A stretch of 45,819 nt of DNA from Candidatus Krumholzibacteriota bacterium (GTDB lineage: Bacteria > Krumholzibacteriota > Krumholzibacteriia > LZORAL124-64-63): contig JBDLKA010000020.1 of assembly GCA_039714075.1 (NCBI GenBank), positions 1 through 45,819 on the forward strand. The letters are read 5' to 3'. Positions 16,477 through 25,523 of the stretch are shown piece by piece. The notes under the pieces were generated by a model. The model had not been told where the DNA came from. It did not search any database and saw only the letters and a list, made by a program, of their open reading frames with translations. Both the position numbers and the translations under genes were made by a program. How positions within the stretch are numbered: the stretch's first letter is position 1; every line of letters starts with the position of its first letter.

Positions 16477-17709
16477 CTACTTGCCCGCGTCCGCTTTCAT
16501 ATGGCCCGCCAGCTCACGGATCTCGGTCAGATCCTTCTTGAGCTTGGCGTACCCGTACCAGGTGGCGTAGTCGGGATTCATGTGGAACGTGCCCTGGAAC
16601 GCCTTCATCCGGTGGTCCATGAACATCTCGTAGAGAACCTGCTCGATCTTGGTGTCCACCTCGTAGAAGGCCAGCAGGTCGGGATATTCCGCTCCCGGGC
16701 GCTCCTCGTAGGAAATGATGCCTTCCCGGTAGAGATCGGCCACGATCTCGATGGCCTCGGCGAAGATCTTGTCGATCTCCTTGACCATGAGGTCGGCGTT
16801 CTTGAAGTTCTCGGCCACGAAATTCGGCGTGTGGCATTCTTTACAGATGGTGACGAAGCGGGCCCGCTCGGCGTCGAAACTTTCCTTGTCCAGGCGGGCG
16901 ACCTTGCCGGCCTTGACCACGTCCAGGCGGCCCGTGGGCTGCCCCGCGGGGTCGAGTACGCCGAGAGCCTTGAGGATGGAAACTCGATAGCCCATCCACT
17001 CCTCGTCCTCTTCGGGCAGACGCACGGCCAGGAAACCCCAGGCCGAGTAGACGCGGTGATCGCCGTCGGCCATGTGACAGTCCTGGCAGGTCGGGGCGCG
17101 GGCGGTGTCGCCCTCTTCACCCAGGGCGCGGTTCATCAGGTAGGTCACGCCGTGCTTGGAGCTGGACCACATCTCCCACTGGGGATGGTCGAAGCCCATG
17201 TGGCAGGTCTGGCAGGCTTCCGGTTCCTTGGCTTCGGCCTTGCTGAAGGCGTGGCGCGTGTGGCAGTTCTGGCAATCCATGCCGTACCGGTAATACGATC
17301 GCTCATCACGAACCGTCTGGTCGGTGACACCCTGGCTGTGGCACCCGCCGCAACCCTTCTGACCCGAAATGAAGGGGTCGGGCTGGCCGTGGGTGTGGGG
17401 CATCGCTTCCATGGCGACCCGGCCGAGGGCGTGTTTGCCGTCGAGGTACTGGGTGGCCTGGTCCTCGTGGCATTCGGCGCAGGTTTCAATGGTCGGCAGC
17501 ACGGCCTTGTCCACATCGTCGTTGCCCTTGTGGCTGTCGCCGTGGCAACCGGTGCAGTCCATCTCTTCGGACATGACGCCACGATTGAAATCCGCCACCA
17601 GGTTGGGGGTGATCTTGGCGTGGCACTCCTCGCAATCCGAAGGTACGGCCAGAGCGGCTCCGCCGAGAACGATCATACCCAACATCACCATCATCGTTAG
17701 CCGGAACAT
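16477..17709 (-). CDS. Octaheme c-type cytochrome, hydroxylamine oxidoreductase (HAO)-like family
   Basis: Eight CxxCH motifs (CEECH, CTGCH, CAECH, CGGCH, CQNCH, CQTCH, CQDCH, CKECH); CHTRHAFS, CHMGFDHPQWE, SSKHG, FHMNPDY; signal peptide. Confidence 0.88.
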   Translation of the reverse strand: MFRLTMMVMLGMIVLGGAALAVPSDCEECHAKITPNLVADFNRGVMSEEMDCTGCHGDSHKGNDDVDKAVLPTIETCAECHEDQATQYLDGKHALGRVAMEAMPHTHGQPDPFISGQKGCGGCHSQGVTDQTVRDERSYYRYGMDCQNCHTRHAFSKAEAKEPEACQTCHMGFDHPQWEMWSSSKHGVTYLMNRALGEEGDTARAPTCQDCHMADGDHRVYSAWGFLAVRLPEEDEEWMGYRVSILKALGVLDPAGQPTGRLDVVKAGKVARLDKESFDAERARFVTICKECHTPNFVAENFKNADLMVKEIDKIFAEAIEIVADLYREGIISYEERPGAEYPDLLAFYEVDTKIEQVLYEMFMDHRMKAFQGTFHMNPDYATWYGYAKLKKDLTEIRELAGHMKADAGK

Positions 17710-18016
17710 CCGTCACCCTCCCGGTTTGCGGCCGACGCGGACCGCAGGATCTGAATTGGTCGAACGGGACTCATGAAGTAACTTAATCCAGTTCCAGGCA
17801 TAGAAACAAGATATATTTGTCCAATTATCAACAACAACACAACCAATTGCTGGTAAAGGAATTACATTGTGTCCTGAATGATATTGATTCCCGACATTGT
17901 TATCGACCCTTCGTTGGCGGGGCGGCCTTCGTTATGTTAGCATGCGGCTGGCGGATTCACCCTTCACCAGATGGCGACTCGACCAACCGGCAAAGACCGC
18001 GGGCAGGATCATTTCG

Positions 18017-19651
18017 ATGGCACATCCGGGCACCGACCCCAACTCCCAACCTGCGCGGTATCCCGTCAGGACCACCGTTATCCTTGCCCTGGCCGCCCTG
18101 GCGCTCCGGGCCGGGGTCATTATCTGGCGCCAGGGGCACGACCCGCTGTTTCATCAGCCCATCAACGACGCCGCCATCTACGACCAGTGGGCGCGGGCCC
18201 TCCTGGCGAGCCGGGGTTTCGGGCTGGAAGACGCGCCGTTTTTCCTGCCGCCGCTTTACCCCTACCTGACCGCCCTGCTCTACCGGATCGGCGGGGGCGG
18301 TATCTGGATGGTCACTATTTTCCAGGCTCTGTGCGGCGTCGGAACCGTGCTGGGAATCCATCGCCTCGGCTTCCGGCTTCACGGCCCCCGGGCCGGGCTT
18401 CTGGCCAGCGTGTTGGCCCTGCTTTGCGCACCTGTTCTCTGGTATGAAGGATGGCAACTGCCGACCGCACTGAACCTTTTTCTCCTGACGGTGGTCCTGA
18501 ATCTGCTGATCGAGATCCCCGCCCTGAAACAGCCGACCGGGCGGCGATCATTGGCGGTTTTCCTGGCGCTCGGACTAGCGCTGGGCCTGGCCGCGGTGGG
18601 CCGTCCCCAAAACCTGCTGCTGGCGGTTTTTGTCCTGCTGTGGCTGTGGTGGCGCGGCAAATCGACCGGGGCCGCCGTCTACCGGTCTCTCGGAATCATC
18701 CTGGCCGCCTTGCTGGTTCCCATCGCTCCGGTGACCATCCACAACCTGAAAGCCAGTGGGGAACCCGTCCTGATCTCGGCCAACGGCGGCGTCAATTTCT
18801 ACGTGGGGAACCATAAGGGAGCCGATGGCCGGTTCTCCTTTCCTCCCGGGTTTCCCTCCTACATCGGCCAGATGCAGGCGGCCTCACGTCGGATGGCCCA
18901 AGCCGAGGCAGGACAAGATCTTGACTGGCGGCAAACCTCGGCCCACTGGTTCAAAAAGGGATGGGGCGATCTGACCGAAGACCCGGGCCGTGCCTTGGGA
19001 CTTGGCCTTCACAAGGCCCGCCTTCTGGTGTCCTGGCGCGAGATGGAAAACAACTTCGTGGTGGGCTGGGTGCACGAAAGATCCGGCCCGGGCCGGTTGC
19101 TGATTCCCTCGCTGGGCCTGTTCTGGCTGCTGGCCCTGCCGGCGTTGATCGAAGCGGTCCGGCGACGCGAGCCGAAGGACCTGGCCATGATCATTCCCAC
19201 GGTCACGGTCATCCTGGTGTGCCTGATCTTCTGGGTCAGCACGCGCAACCGGCTGCCGCTGCTGATCCCCCTGGCTGTCCTGGCGGGAGCCTCGCTGAGC
19301 AACCCGCGTTTGTGGAAGTCGCCGGTGAATCTGGGAGTGGTCGCCCTGGTCGCGGTCGCGGTTTTCTGGCCCACGTCCGATCACGAAGGGGCCGGTTTCC
19401 TGTGCGACGTGGGACGCATCCACGCCCAGCAGGGACAGATCACCCAGGCCCGTGAAAACTTCAACGAAGCCCTGCGTCAGGAACCGGACCATCCCATGGC
19501 CATGAACGGACTGGCCCTGACCTATATGGACGCCGGTCAGCCCGAACGGGCGATCGCCCTGCTGCGCCAGGTCGTCAGGAAGCATCCCGATTTCGAGCTG
19601 GCCAAACGGAACCTGCAGGCCATCCTCAACCATCAGAAAAAAAACCGGTAG
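18017..19651 (+). CDS. GT-C fold glycosyltransferase (family 39/PMT_2-like) with C-terminal TPR
   Basis: Multi-TM; PINDAAIYDQWA acidic loop, PFFLPPLYPY, RPQ, NGGVNFYVGN, RNRLP; TPR tail. The start is uncertain (the ORF is open from 17897). Confidence 0.82.
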   Translation: MAHPGTDPNSQPARYPVRTTVILALAALALRAGVIIWRQGHDPLFHQPINDAAIYDQWARALLASRGFGLEDAPFFLPPLYPYLTALLYRIGGGGIWMVTIFQALCGVGTVLGIHRLGFRLHGPRAGLLASVLALLCAPVLWYEGWQLPTALNLFLLTVVLNLLIEIPALKQPTGRRSLAVFLALGLALGLAAVGRPQNLLLAVFVLLWLWWRGKSTGAAVYRSLGIILAALLVPIAPVTIHNLKASGEPVLISANGGVNFYVGNHKGADGRFSFPPGFPSYIGQMQAASRRMAQAEAGQDLDWRQTSAHWFKKGWGDLTEDPGRALGLGLHKARLLVSWREMENNFVVGWVHERSGPGRLLIPSLGLFWLLALPALIEAVRRREPKDLAMIIPTVTVILVCLIFWVSTRNRLPLLIPLAVLAGASLSNPRLWKSPVNLGVVALVAVAVFWPTSDHEGAGFLCDVGRIHAQQGQITQARENFNEALRQEPDHPMAMNGLALTYMDAGQPERAIALLRQVVRKHPDFELAKRNLQAILNHQKKNR

Positions 19652-19662
19652 GGATTCGACGG

Positions 19663-20073
19663 TCAGGATTGAACCAGGGCCTGCTTCAGGTGGGCGGCGT
19701 AGGCCATGTCGTCCTGCAGGATGTGGGAACGAACCCAGTAGCGGAGAAATTCGCGGACATCGGCGGTGACGGGGCGTCCCTCGGTTTCGAATTCGTACTG
19801 GAAGCGCTCGACCTTCTGCATCAGCTGGCGGTGGCGGGCGGTGTGCTGTTTCGTCTCCGGAAATCCGCTTTCGGCCATGATTTTTTCCTCATGGGCGAAG
19901 TGCTCCTGGGTATAGCCCACCAGATCGTTGAGAATGTCCGACATCACGCGGGATCCCCGGCCCCGGCGGCCGGCTTCCTCGAACTTGTTGGCCAGATCAA
20001 CCAGGCGGCGGTGCTGCTCGTCGATACTCGGGATCCCGGTGATGAATTCTTCCGTCCAGTTGATGAATGCCAT
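19663..20073 (-). CDS. Bacteriohemerythrin
   Basis: W...TGIPSIDEQH, HFAHEE, HTARH and HILQDD di-iron ligand pattern. Confidence 0.92.
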   Translation of the reverse strand: MAFINWTEEFITGIPSIDEQHRRLVDLANKFEEAGRRGRGSRVMSDILNDLVGYTQEHFAHEEKIMAESGFPETKQHTARHRQLMQKVERFQYEFETEGRPVTADVREFLRYWVRSHILQDDMAYAAHLKQALVQS

Positions 20074-20297
20074 GGTGCGCGCCTCGTGCTGGTTCCGGCC
20101 GCCTGCCTCCGCGGGCCGGATAAGTCCTTGATGCAAGTTCTATTGTTGTTTTCGGCCACAAATTCCCGGGGTTGAACCAATATGCGGATTTGGGCAAAAA
20201 AACCGGAAAAAACGGAACCCTGGCCCCGTTTTCCGGGTATCCAGTACCTACGATCCGTATCCCCCCTGAGCGGTTCGCCTCTCCGAAAGGAACTACC

Positions 20298-21353
20298 ATG
20301 TTCGCGTTTCCGGCTGCCAAACGCACGCTTGTGCTGATGTTGAGCATCGTCCTCCTGGTATTCGCCTGCAGTGTCCAGGCCGGCGAAGACAAGGGTTATC
20401 TGGGCGTCATGCTGCAGGATGTGACTCCCAGCATGGCCAAGGCCCTGCAGATGGATGAAAAGACCGGCGTCATGATCAGCGAAGTCGTCGACGACAGTCC
20501 CGCCGCCGCGGCCGGGCTGGAAGACGGCGACGTCATCCTCGAATTCAACGGCCAGACGATTTCCGACAGCGGCGACCTGGTCAAGGCCGTCCGCGGCACC
20601 AATCCCGGCGACAAGGTGAAGGTCGTCGTCCTGCGGGGCGGCAAGAACAAGAAACTCGACATCGAGATCGGCAAACACGAAGCCAAGAACGTCTTCTTCA
20701 TGTCCGAAGACGACGCCCCCCGCGTCAAGCATATGGACAAGGTGATCGTCATGTCCGGCGACGACGATGATTTCAAATGGTCCTTCAAGGACAAGGCCGG
20801 GAAATTCAATCTGGACCGCGGCTTCATGGGCGTCCACCTGGACGACCTGAACGAGCAGATGGGCGAGTACTTCGGCGTCGATGAGGGCAACGGCGCGCTG
20901 GTGACCGAGGTCGTCGAAGACAGCCCGGCCGCCGAAGCGGGCCTGAAGGCCGGAGACGTCATCGTACAGTTCGGCGACGACGACATCGACTCCTCCGGGG
21001 CCCTGTACAAGGCCATCGACGACACCGAGTCCGGGCAAAAGACGACCGTCAAGGTCGTCCGCAAGGGCAAAAAAATGAGCCTGGACATCACCCTGGGCGA
21101 GATGCCCGAGGACGCAATCTCCAAGCACCTCCAGATCATCGGGGAAGGTGACGACCACTTCTCCATCCACGCCGCCCCGCGCATGATGAAGCATTTCGAA
21201 CATTTCGGCGGAAAGCACGGCTGTGATGCCGGAGACGTGGACGTACGGGTGATGCGGCGCGGCGAAGCCGAGGGCGAACTGAAGGAAATGCGCGAGGAAC
21301 TGGACAAGATGCGTAAAGAGCTCAAGGAGATTCAGGAGGAACTCAAAAAGTAG
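20298..21353 (+). CDS. Exported double-PDZ-domain protein with C-terminal coiled coil, no protease domain
   Basis: GYLGV/GFMGV carboxylate loops and two copies of V..DSPA..AGL..GDVI; signal peptide; AAGGA RBS. Confidence 0.85.
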   Translation: MFAFPAAKRTLVLMLSIVLLVFACSVQAGEDKGYLGVMLQDVTPSMAKALQMDEKTGVMISEVVDDSPAAAAGLEDGDVILEFNGQTISDSGDLVKAVRGTNPGDKVKVVVLRGGKNKKLDIEIGKHEAKNVFFMSEDDAPRVKHMDKVIVMSGDDDDFKWSFKDKAGKFNLDRGFMGVHLDDLNEQMGEYFGVDEGNGALVTEVVEDSPAAEAGLKAGDVIVQFGDDDIDSSGALYKAIDDTESGQKTTVKVVRKGKKMSLDITLGEMPEDAISKHLQIIGEGDDHFSIHAAPRMMKHFEHFGGKHGCDAGDVDVRVMRRGEAEGELKEMREELDKMRKELKEIQEELKK

Positions 21354-21401
21354 AGTGTCTGAATTTCTCCGGCCGGAACCGCAGGAGGCGGACCGGCCAT
21401 G

Positions 21402-21453
21402 GACCGGGAGCCCGTGCCGCCCCACCGAGGCGCAGGGTTCCCGGTCTTTTTTT
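21402..21453 (+). terminator. Intrinsic terminator
   Basis: GACCGGGAGCCC...GGGTTCCCGGTC followed by a T run. Confidence 0.7.
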
Positions 21454-21620
21454 GTGCTGCGGAATTATTTTCAAAGGTAATCCGCTAGGATGGACACCCA
21501 GGTTGATCATTGATGCGAAAATCCGAGGTTGCCCTCGGAAAACTGGTCGAACAGTCAAAAACAAACTGCGAGAAAAGTCCGCCTTGGTCACCCTGATCAG
21601 CAACCGCCGCCAATGATATC

Positions 21621-21965
21621 TCACAAAATCCTGGGCAGGAAAACCAATGCTCCCACTACCGCCGCGGCCAGCGCCGCGACCAGCACCGCGCCGGCCAGGA
21701 TGTCCTTGACCAGACCATAGCGGGGATCATGGTCCGGGCTCAGGATATCGACCAGTTTTTCCCCCGCGGTATTGACCAGTTCCAGACCCAGGACCAGGCC
21801 CATGGACAGGCTTACCAGACACCATTGCTCGCCCGAAATATCCAGGGTGAACCCCAGCAGGATCACCACCGCGGCGACGGCCAGCATGACCCGGAAATTT
21901 CGACCCCGGGCACCCGCGGCCAGGCCTTTCCAGGCGTAGACGAACCCCTTCAGAAAACCAGTCAT
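21621..21965 (-). CDS. dgkA: Prokaryotic diacylglycerol/undecaprenol kinase family
   Basis: FVYAWKGL, NFR, ELVNTAGE..VD and KDILAGAV motifs; 3 TM. Confidence 0.88.
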   Translation of the reverse strand: MTGFLKGFVYAWKGLAAGARGRNFRVMLAVAAVVILLGFTLDISGEQWCLVSLSMGLVLGLELVNTAGEKLVDILSPDHDPRYGLVKDILAGAVLVAALAAAVVGALVFLPRIL

Positions 21966-24900
21966 GCCATCACCTCCACCAAATTCTCGTCCGTCCCGGG
22001 ATCGGTGAACAGCAGCCAGGTATGGATTTCCCGGTCGGGATAGAGGGCCTCGATCACCTCGCGGTAGGCCGCCAGCTGCGGCCGGTAATGTTCGGTGAGG
22101 GCCTTTCGGTAAGCCGGGTCGTCATCCAACCGGTTCGACTTGTAATCGATGATGTCCACCCGGTCGGGCCGCAGCACCAGGCGGTCGATGCTGCCGGTTA
22201 TGCACTCGCCGACCTGATCCCTCGCGGCGGGTTTCCGGCGATGGATAACCGGTACCTCGCTCAGGCCTCGGCCTGCTTCGGGCCGGAAAATCCAGGCCAG
22301 ATCGGGGTTGGCGAAGACGGCCGCCGCCTCATCGTGAATGCCACCCGAGCCGGCGGGCATCGCACCCAGGTCGGCGGCCACCTGGAGCAGCTGGTGGATC
22401 CTGTTGCCCCGCTCGGTTGGGGATATTCTGTTTTCAATGTCCGAGGGACCCCCGGGGGATCCTTTGGGCACGACGGACGGTGGTGGTGCGGGCATTTCTC
22501 CCGTGGCGGCCGAGGGCGTGATGATCCGGACCCTCTCCTTCAGGACCGGCGGCTGCCAGAGGCGGTACGACTCCAGGCTGGCCGCATCGGCATGATGAGC
22601 CGTTTCAGCCTCGGTGACCGGAGCCGGCGGGCGGTCCAGCCACGGAGGATCCTTCCGGTCCATGCCCCCGCATTCGCCGGTCGCGGCGGAGGCCTGGATC
22701 CGGCGCAGAGGGCTGTCGTGTTCCTCAGTGCGCCATTTGTCCCCGCCCAGGACAACGAGCCGGTCCCGGGCCCGGGTCATGGCCACGTAGAGAAGGTTGG
22801 CCTCTTCGGTGCGGTCCCTGGCGACCGCGGCCAGGGCGGCGTCCTGCAGGCGATCGGTGGGCCAGTCCACCTCGTCCGGCAGGGAAAACCCCTTGCGGAA
22901 ATTTTTCGTCACCTTGAAAAGAAGCGGCGTGTCGCTGGCCTCGGCGTCGGTCCGCACCCGGGGACTTTCCTTGCCCGTGGCCCGGTCGGCATCGACCAGC
23001 AGGACCACCGGCGCCTCCAATCCCTTGGCCCCGTGGATGGTCATGAACCGCACCCGGCCCTCGGCGCCACCGCGCGGCAGGGTGCCCTCCTCCTGGCCGC
23101 CCTGACTGGCGGCACTGGTGATGAGATCGGCCAGGCGCCGCACCGTCGGCGTGCCCGTCATTTCCGGGCTCAGGGCCAGGTCGAACAGGCGCATCAGGTT
23201 GTAACGGGCCTGATCGCCCAGGGCGATCTGGTATCTTTCCAGTACCTGACCCTCGCGATAGATGCGTCGCAGAAGATCATGGCTGCTTTCGAAACCCAGA
23301 TGCTTGCGCCAGTTCTTCAACAGGACCACGGCCGGTCCGGTGACGGGGTGGTCCTCATCCTTCCGCAGGGCGTTCCACAGACCCCTGGGCGGGATGCTTT
23401 TCCCTTCTTCATTCACCCGGAACAGATCGCGCCGGGCCAGCGCCGCCTGGAAATCCTTCTGCCCGAGCCGAAAGATGGGCGAACGCAGCACCGCGGCCAG
23501 GGCCACGTCGTCCTCGGGCCAGACCAGCCACCGGAGCAGCGCCAGGATGTCCTGCACCTCGCGACTGGCCGCCAGCATGCCCCGTCCCGGCGGCACGATG
23601 GGAATACCGGCGGTGCGGAAGGCTTTTTCATAGAGGCTGATCTCGGTCCGCGAGCGGGTGAGCACCAGGAAATCGCCCCAGCGCAGGGGCCGTTCGGTCA
23701 GGTCGTCCCCGAAGCCTTCCCAGGTTGTCGCGCCGGATTCCTTCAATTGCAGAACGATCCGGGCCGCGGCGTCGGCGGCCAGCTGATCGCCGCTGCGGCC
23801 GTCTTCGGTGTCTTCCTCCTGATGGTCGTCAAGCTCGGCGCCCGCGAAGGGGTCCAGCACCAGCACCGATCCTGTCGCTTCCCGGCGCGCCCAATCCTGA
23901 AGGACGGAATCGCGTTCCTCCGCGGTGAAGGAATCGCCCAGGGGCGAGGCGTTGAACAGGCAGCCGACGCCCCCGACCACCGCTTCGAGGCTGCGGAAGT
24001 TTGTCGGCAGATCCAGTTCCGACCCGGGGTCGCGCGCTTTGAGAAGATTCCGCGCGAACAGGAAAATCCCCGGTTCGGCACCGCGGAAGCCGTAGATCGA
24101 CTGCTTCATGTCCCCGACGAAAAACAGGGTGCGCGCGCGGTCACCCGTCCCTCCGGAAAGGAATTCCTCCACGAAGGGCTCCAGCATATTCCACTGGTTG
24201 AAGTTGGTGTCCTGGAATTCGTCCAGCAGGATGTGATGGATGGAGTCGTCCAGGCGGTAAAGCAGGGACAGCGCCTGGGCCTGGTCGCCCATCAGGCGGC
24301 GGGCCATGTCCTCCAGGTCCTGGAAATCCACCACCCGGTCGCGGCGTTTCAACGAGCTGTAGATATCCAGGACCCGCAATCCCAAATGCAGCAGGTCGCG
24401 GTTGAGGGCGTACAGTTTCAGGTAGCCGGTGGTGTAAAGGACGCGCAGCACCGGCAAGGCGTTTTCCACGACCAGGGCGTTGTAGCGGGATTTGATCTCC
24501 GGATCCCTGATCCGGGTATACGCGCGGGTCTTGTCTTCCTTGGTCAGGAGGATGTTCCGGGCCTCGGCCAACTGCTCGGCCGGTGGCAGTTCCAACGCGG
24601 CCAGGCAGGCGGCCCGCAGCTTGGCGGTGTTTTTTTCCGTGCGTCCGGCGTCGCCGCCCATGCCCGCGTCGACGTGGTCCAGGCCCTCGGTCGCCAATTT
24701 CCCCAGCGCTGCGGCCAGCAAAGGAGCAAAGGCCTCCTGGTCGGGCTCCGCGAGCGGGTCAAGGCCGGGAAAAAGGAATTCCCGTAGGTCCTTCAGCAAT
24801 TCCGGCAACAATTCCAGACGGACCCGGTCCCCCCCGACGGTCGAATCCCCGTCGTGTCTTTTCAGCCAGCGTTCCATTCGCATCTGCTCGTGGAAGACCT

Positions 24901-25522
24901 GTTTCACGGCCACCCGCACCGCGCTCGGGTTGGGCCCCACCGTGCGGCCGGCGGCGGCCAGGGTTTCGTCCGCGGCCATTTCCGCTTCCAGCTGGTCGAG
25001 GGCCTCGTCCACCAGATCATCCTGGTTTTCGATGACGGCGAAATGGGGATCCAGCCCCGCTTCGGCGGCGAACCGGCCCAGGATGAGCTGACAGAAGGAG
25101 TGGATCGTGCCCACATGAAGGCCGGCCAGGTCTTCGAGCACCATTTCATACAGCCCCGCGGCGTACCGCATTTCCCGCTCGCTGGGATCGGGGTCGGGGC
25201 GATCGCTGAAAAGATCGTGCAACCGGGCGCGCAGTTCATCCGGTTCCGCCAGCACCATCTCTGCGGCCATGGCCAGCAGGCGTTCCTGGATCTCGACCGC
25301 CGCCTTCCTGGTGAAGGTGATCGCCAGGATGGAACGCGGATGGGTCCGCGCGGGCGTGTCCTCGATGCAAAGCCGGACGAAGCGGTCGACCAGGACCTTG
25401 GTCTTGCCCGATCCCGCCGACGCCCGCAGCGCCACCGACTTGTCGGGCCGCGCGGCCCGGCGCTGGATTTCGGTGGCATTCCGGACAGAATTCCGGACAG
25501 AATTGCGGACGGAATCGTTCAC
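21962..25522 (-). CDS. addA: AddA-type UvrD helicase/PD-(D/E)XK nuclease
   Basis: ASAGSGKT, ITFTRKAA, TIHSFC, DEFQDT, VGDMKQSIYGFRGA, TIHGAKGLE, LYVAMTRARD; nuclease motif GSIDRL...IDYKS. Confidence 0.9.
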   Translation of the reverse strand: MNDSVRNSVRNSVRNATEIQRRAARPDKSVALRASAGSGKTKVLVDRFVRLCIEDTPARTHPRSILAITFTRKAAVEIQERLLAMAAEMVLAEPDELRARLHDLFSDRPDPDPSEREMRYAAGLYEMVLEDLAGLHVGTIHSFCQLILGRFAAEAGLDPHFAVIENQDDLVDEALDQLEAEMAADETLAAAGRTVGPNPSAVRVAVKQVFHEQMRMERWLKRHDGDSTVGGDRVRLELLPELLKDLREFLFPGLDPLAEPDQEAFAPLLAAALGKLATEGLDHVDAGMGGDAGRTEKNTAKLRAACLAALELPPAEQLAEARNILLTKEDKTRAYTRIRDPEIKSRYNALVVENALPVLRVLYTTGYLKLYALNRDLLHLGLRVLDIYSSLKRRDRVVDFQDLEDMARRLMGDQAQALSLLYRLDDSIHHILLDEFQDTNFNQWNMLEPFVEEFLSGGTGDRARTLFFVGDMKQSIYGFRGAEPGIFLFARNLLKARDPGSELDLPTNFRSLEAVVGGVGCLFNASPLGDSFTAEERDSVLQDWARREATGSVLVLDPFAGAELDDHQEEDTEDGRSGDQLAADAAARIVLQLKESGATTWEGFGDDLTERPLRWGDFLVLTRSRTEISLYEKAFRTAGIPIVPPGRGMLAASREVQDILALLRWLVWPEDDVALAAVLRSPIFRLGQKDFQAALARRDLFRVNEEGKSIPPRGLWNALRKDEDHPVTGPAVVLLKNWRKHLGFESSHDLLRRIYREGQVLERYQIALGDQARYNLMRLFDLALSPEMTGTPTVRRLADLITSAASQGGQEEGTLPRGGAEGRVRFMTIHGAKGLEAPVVLLVDADRATGKESPRVRTDAEASDTPLLFKVTKNFRKGFSLPDEVDWPTDRLQDAALAAVARDRTEEANLLYVAMTRARDRLVVLGGDKWRTEEHDSPLRRIQASAATGECGGMDRKDPPWLDRPPAPVTEAETAHHADAASLESYRLWQPPVLKERVRIITPSAATGEMPAPPPSVVPKGSPGGPSDIENRISPTERGNRIHQLLQVAADLGAMPAGSGGIHDEAAAVFANPDLAWIFRPEAGRGLSEVPVIHRRKPAARDQVGECITGSIDRLVLRPDRVDIIDYKSNRLDDDPAYRKALTEHYRPQLAAYREVIEALYPDREIHTWLLFTDPGTDENLVEVMA
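25478..25513. repeat. 12-nt tandem repeat x3 in the 5' end of addA
   Basis: ATTCCGGACAGA-ATTCCGGACAGA-ATTGCGGACGGA encodes SVRN-SVRN-SVRN. Confidence 0.85.
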
Positions 25523-25523
25523 C

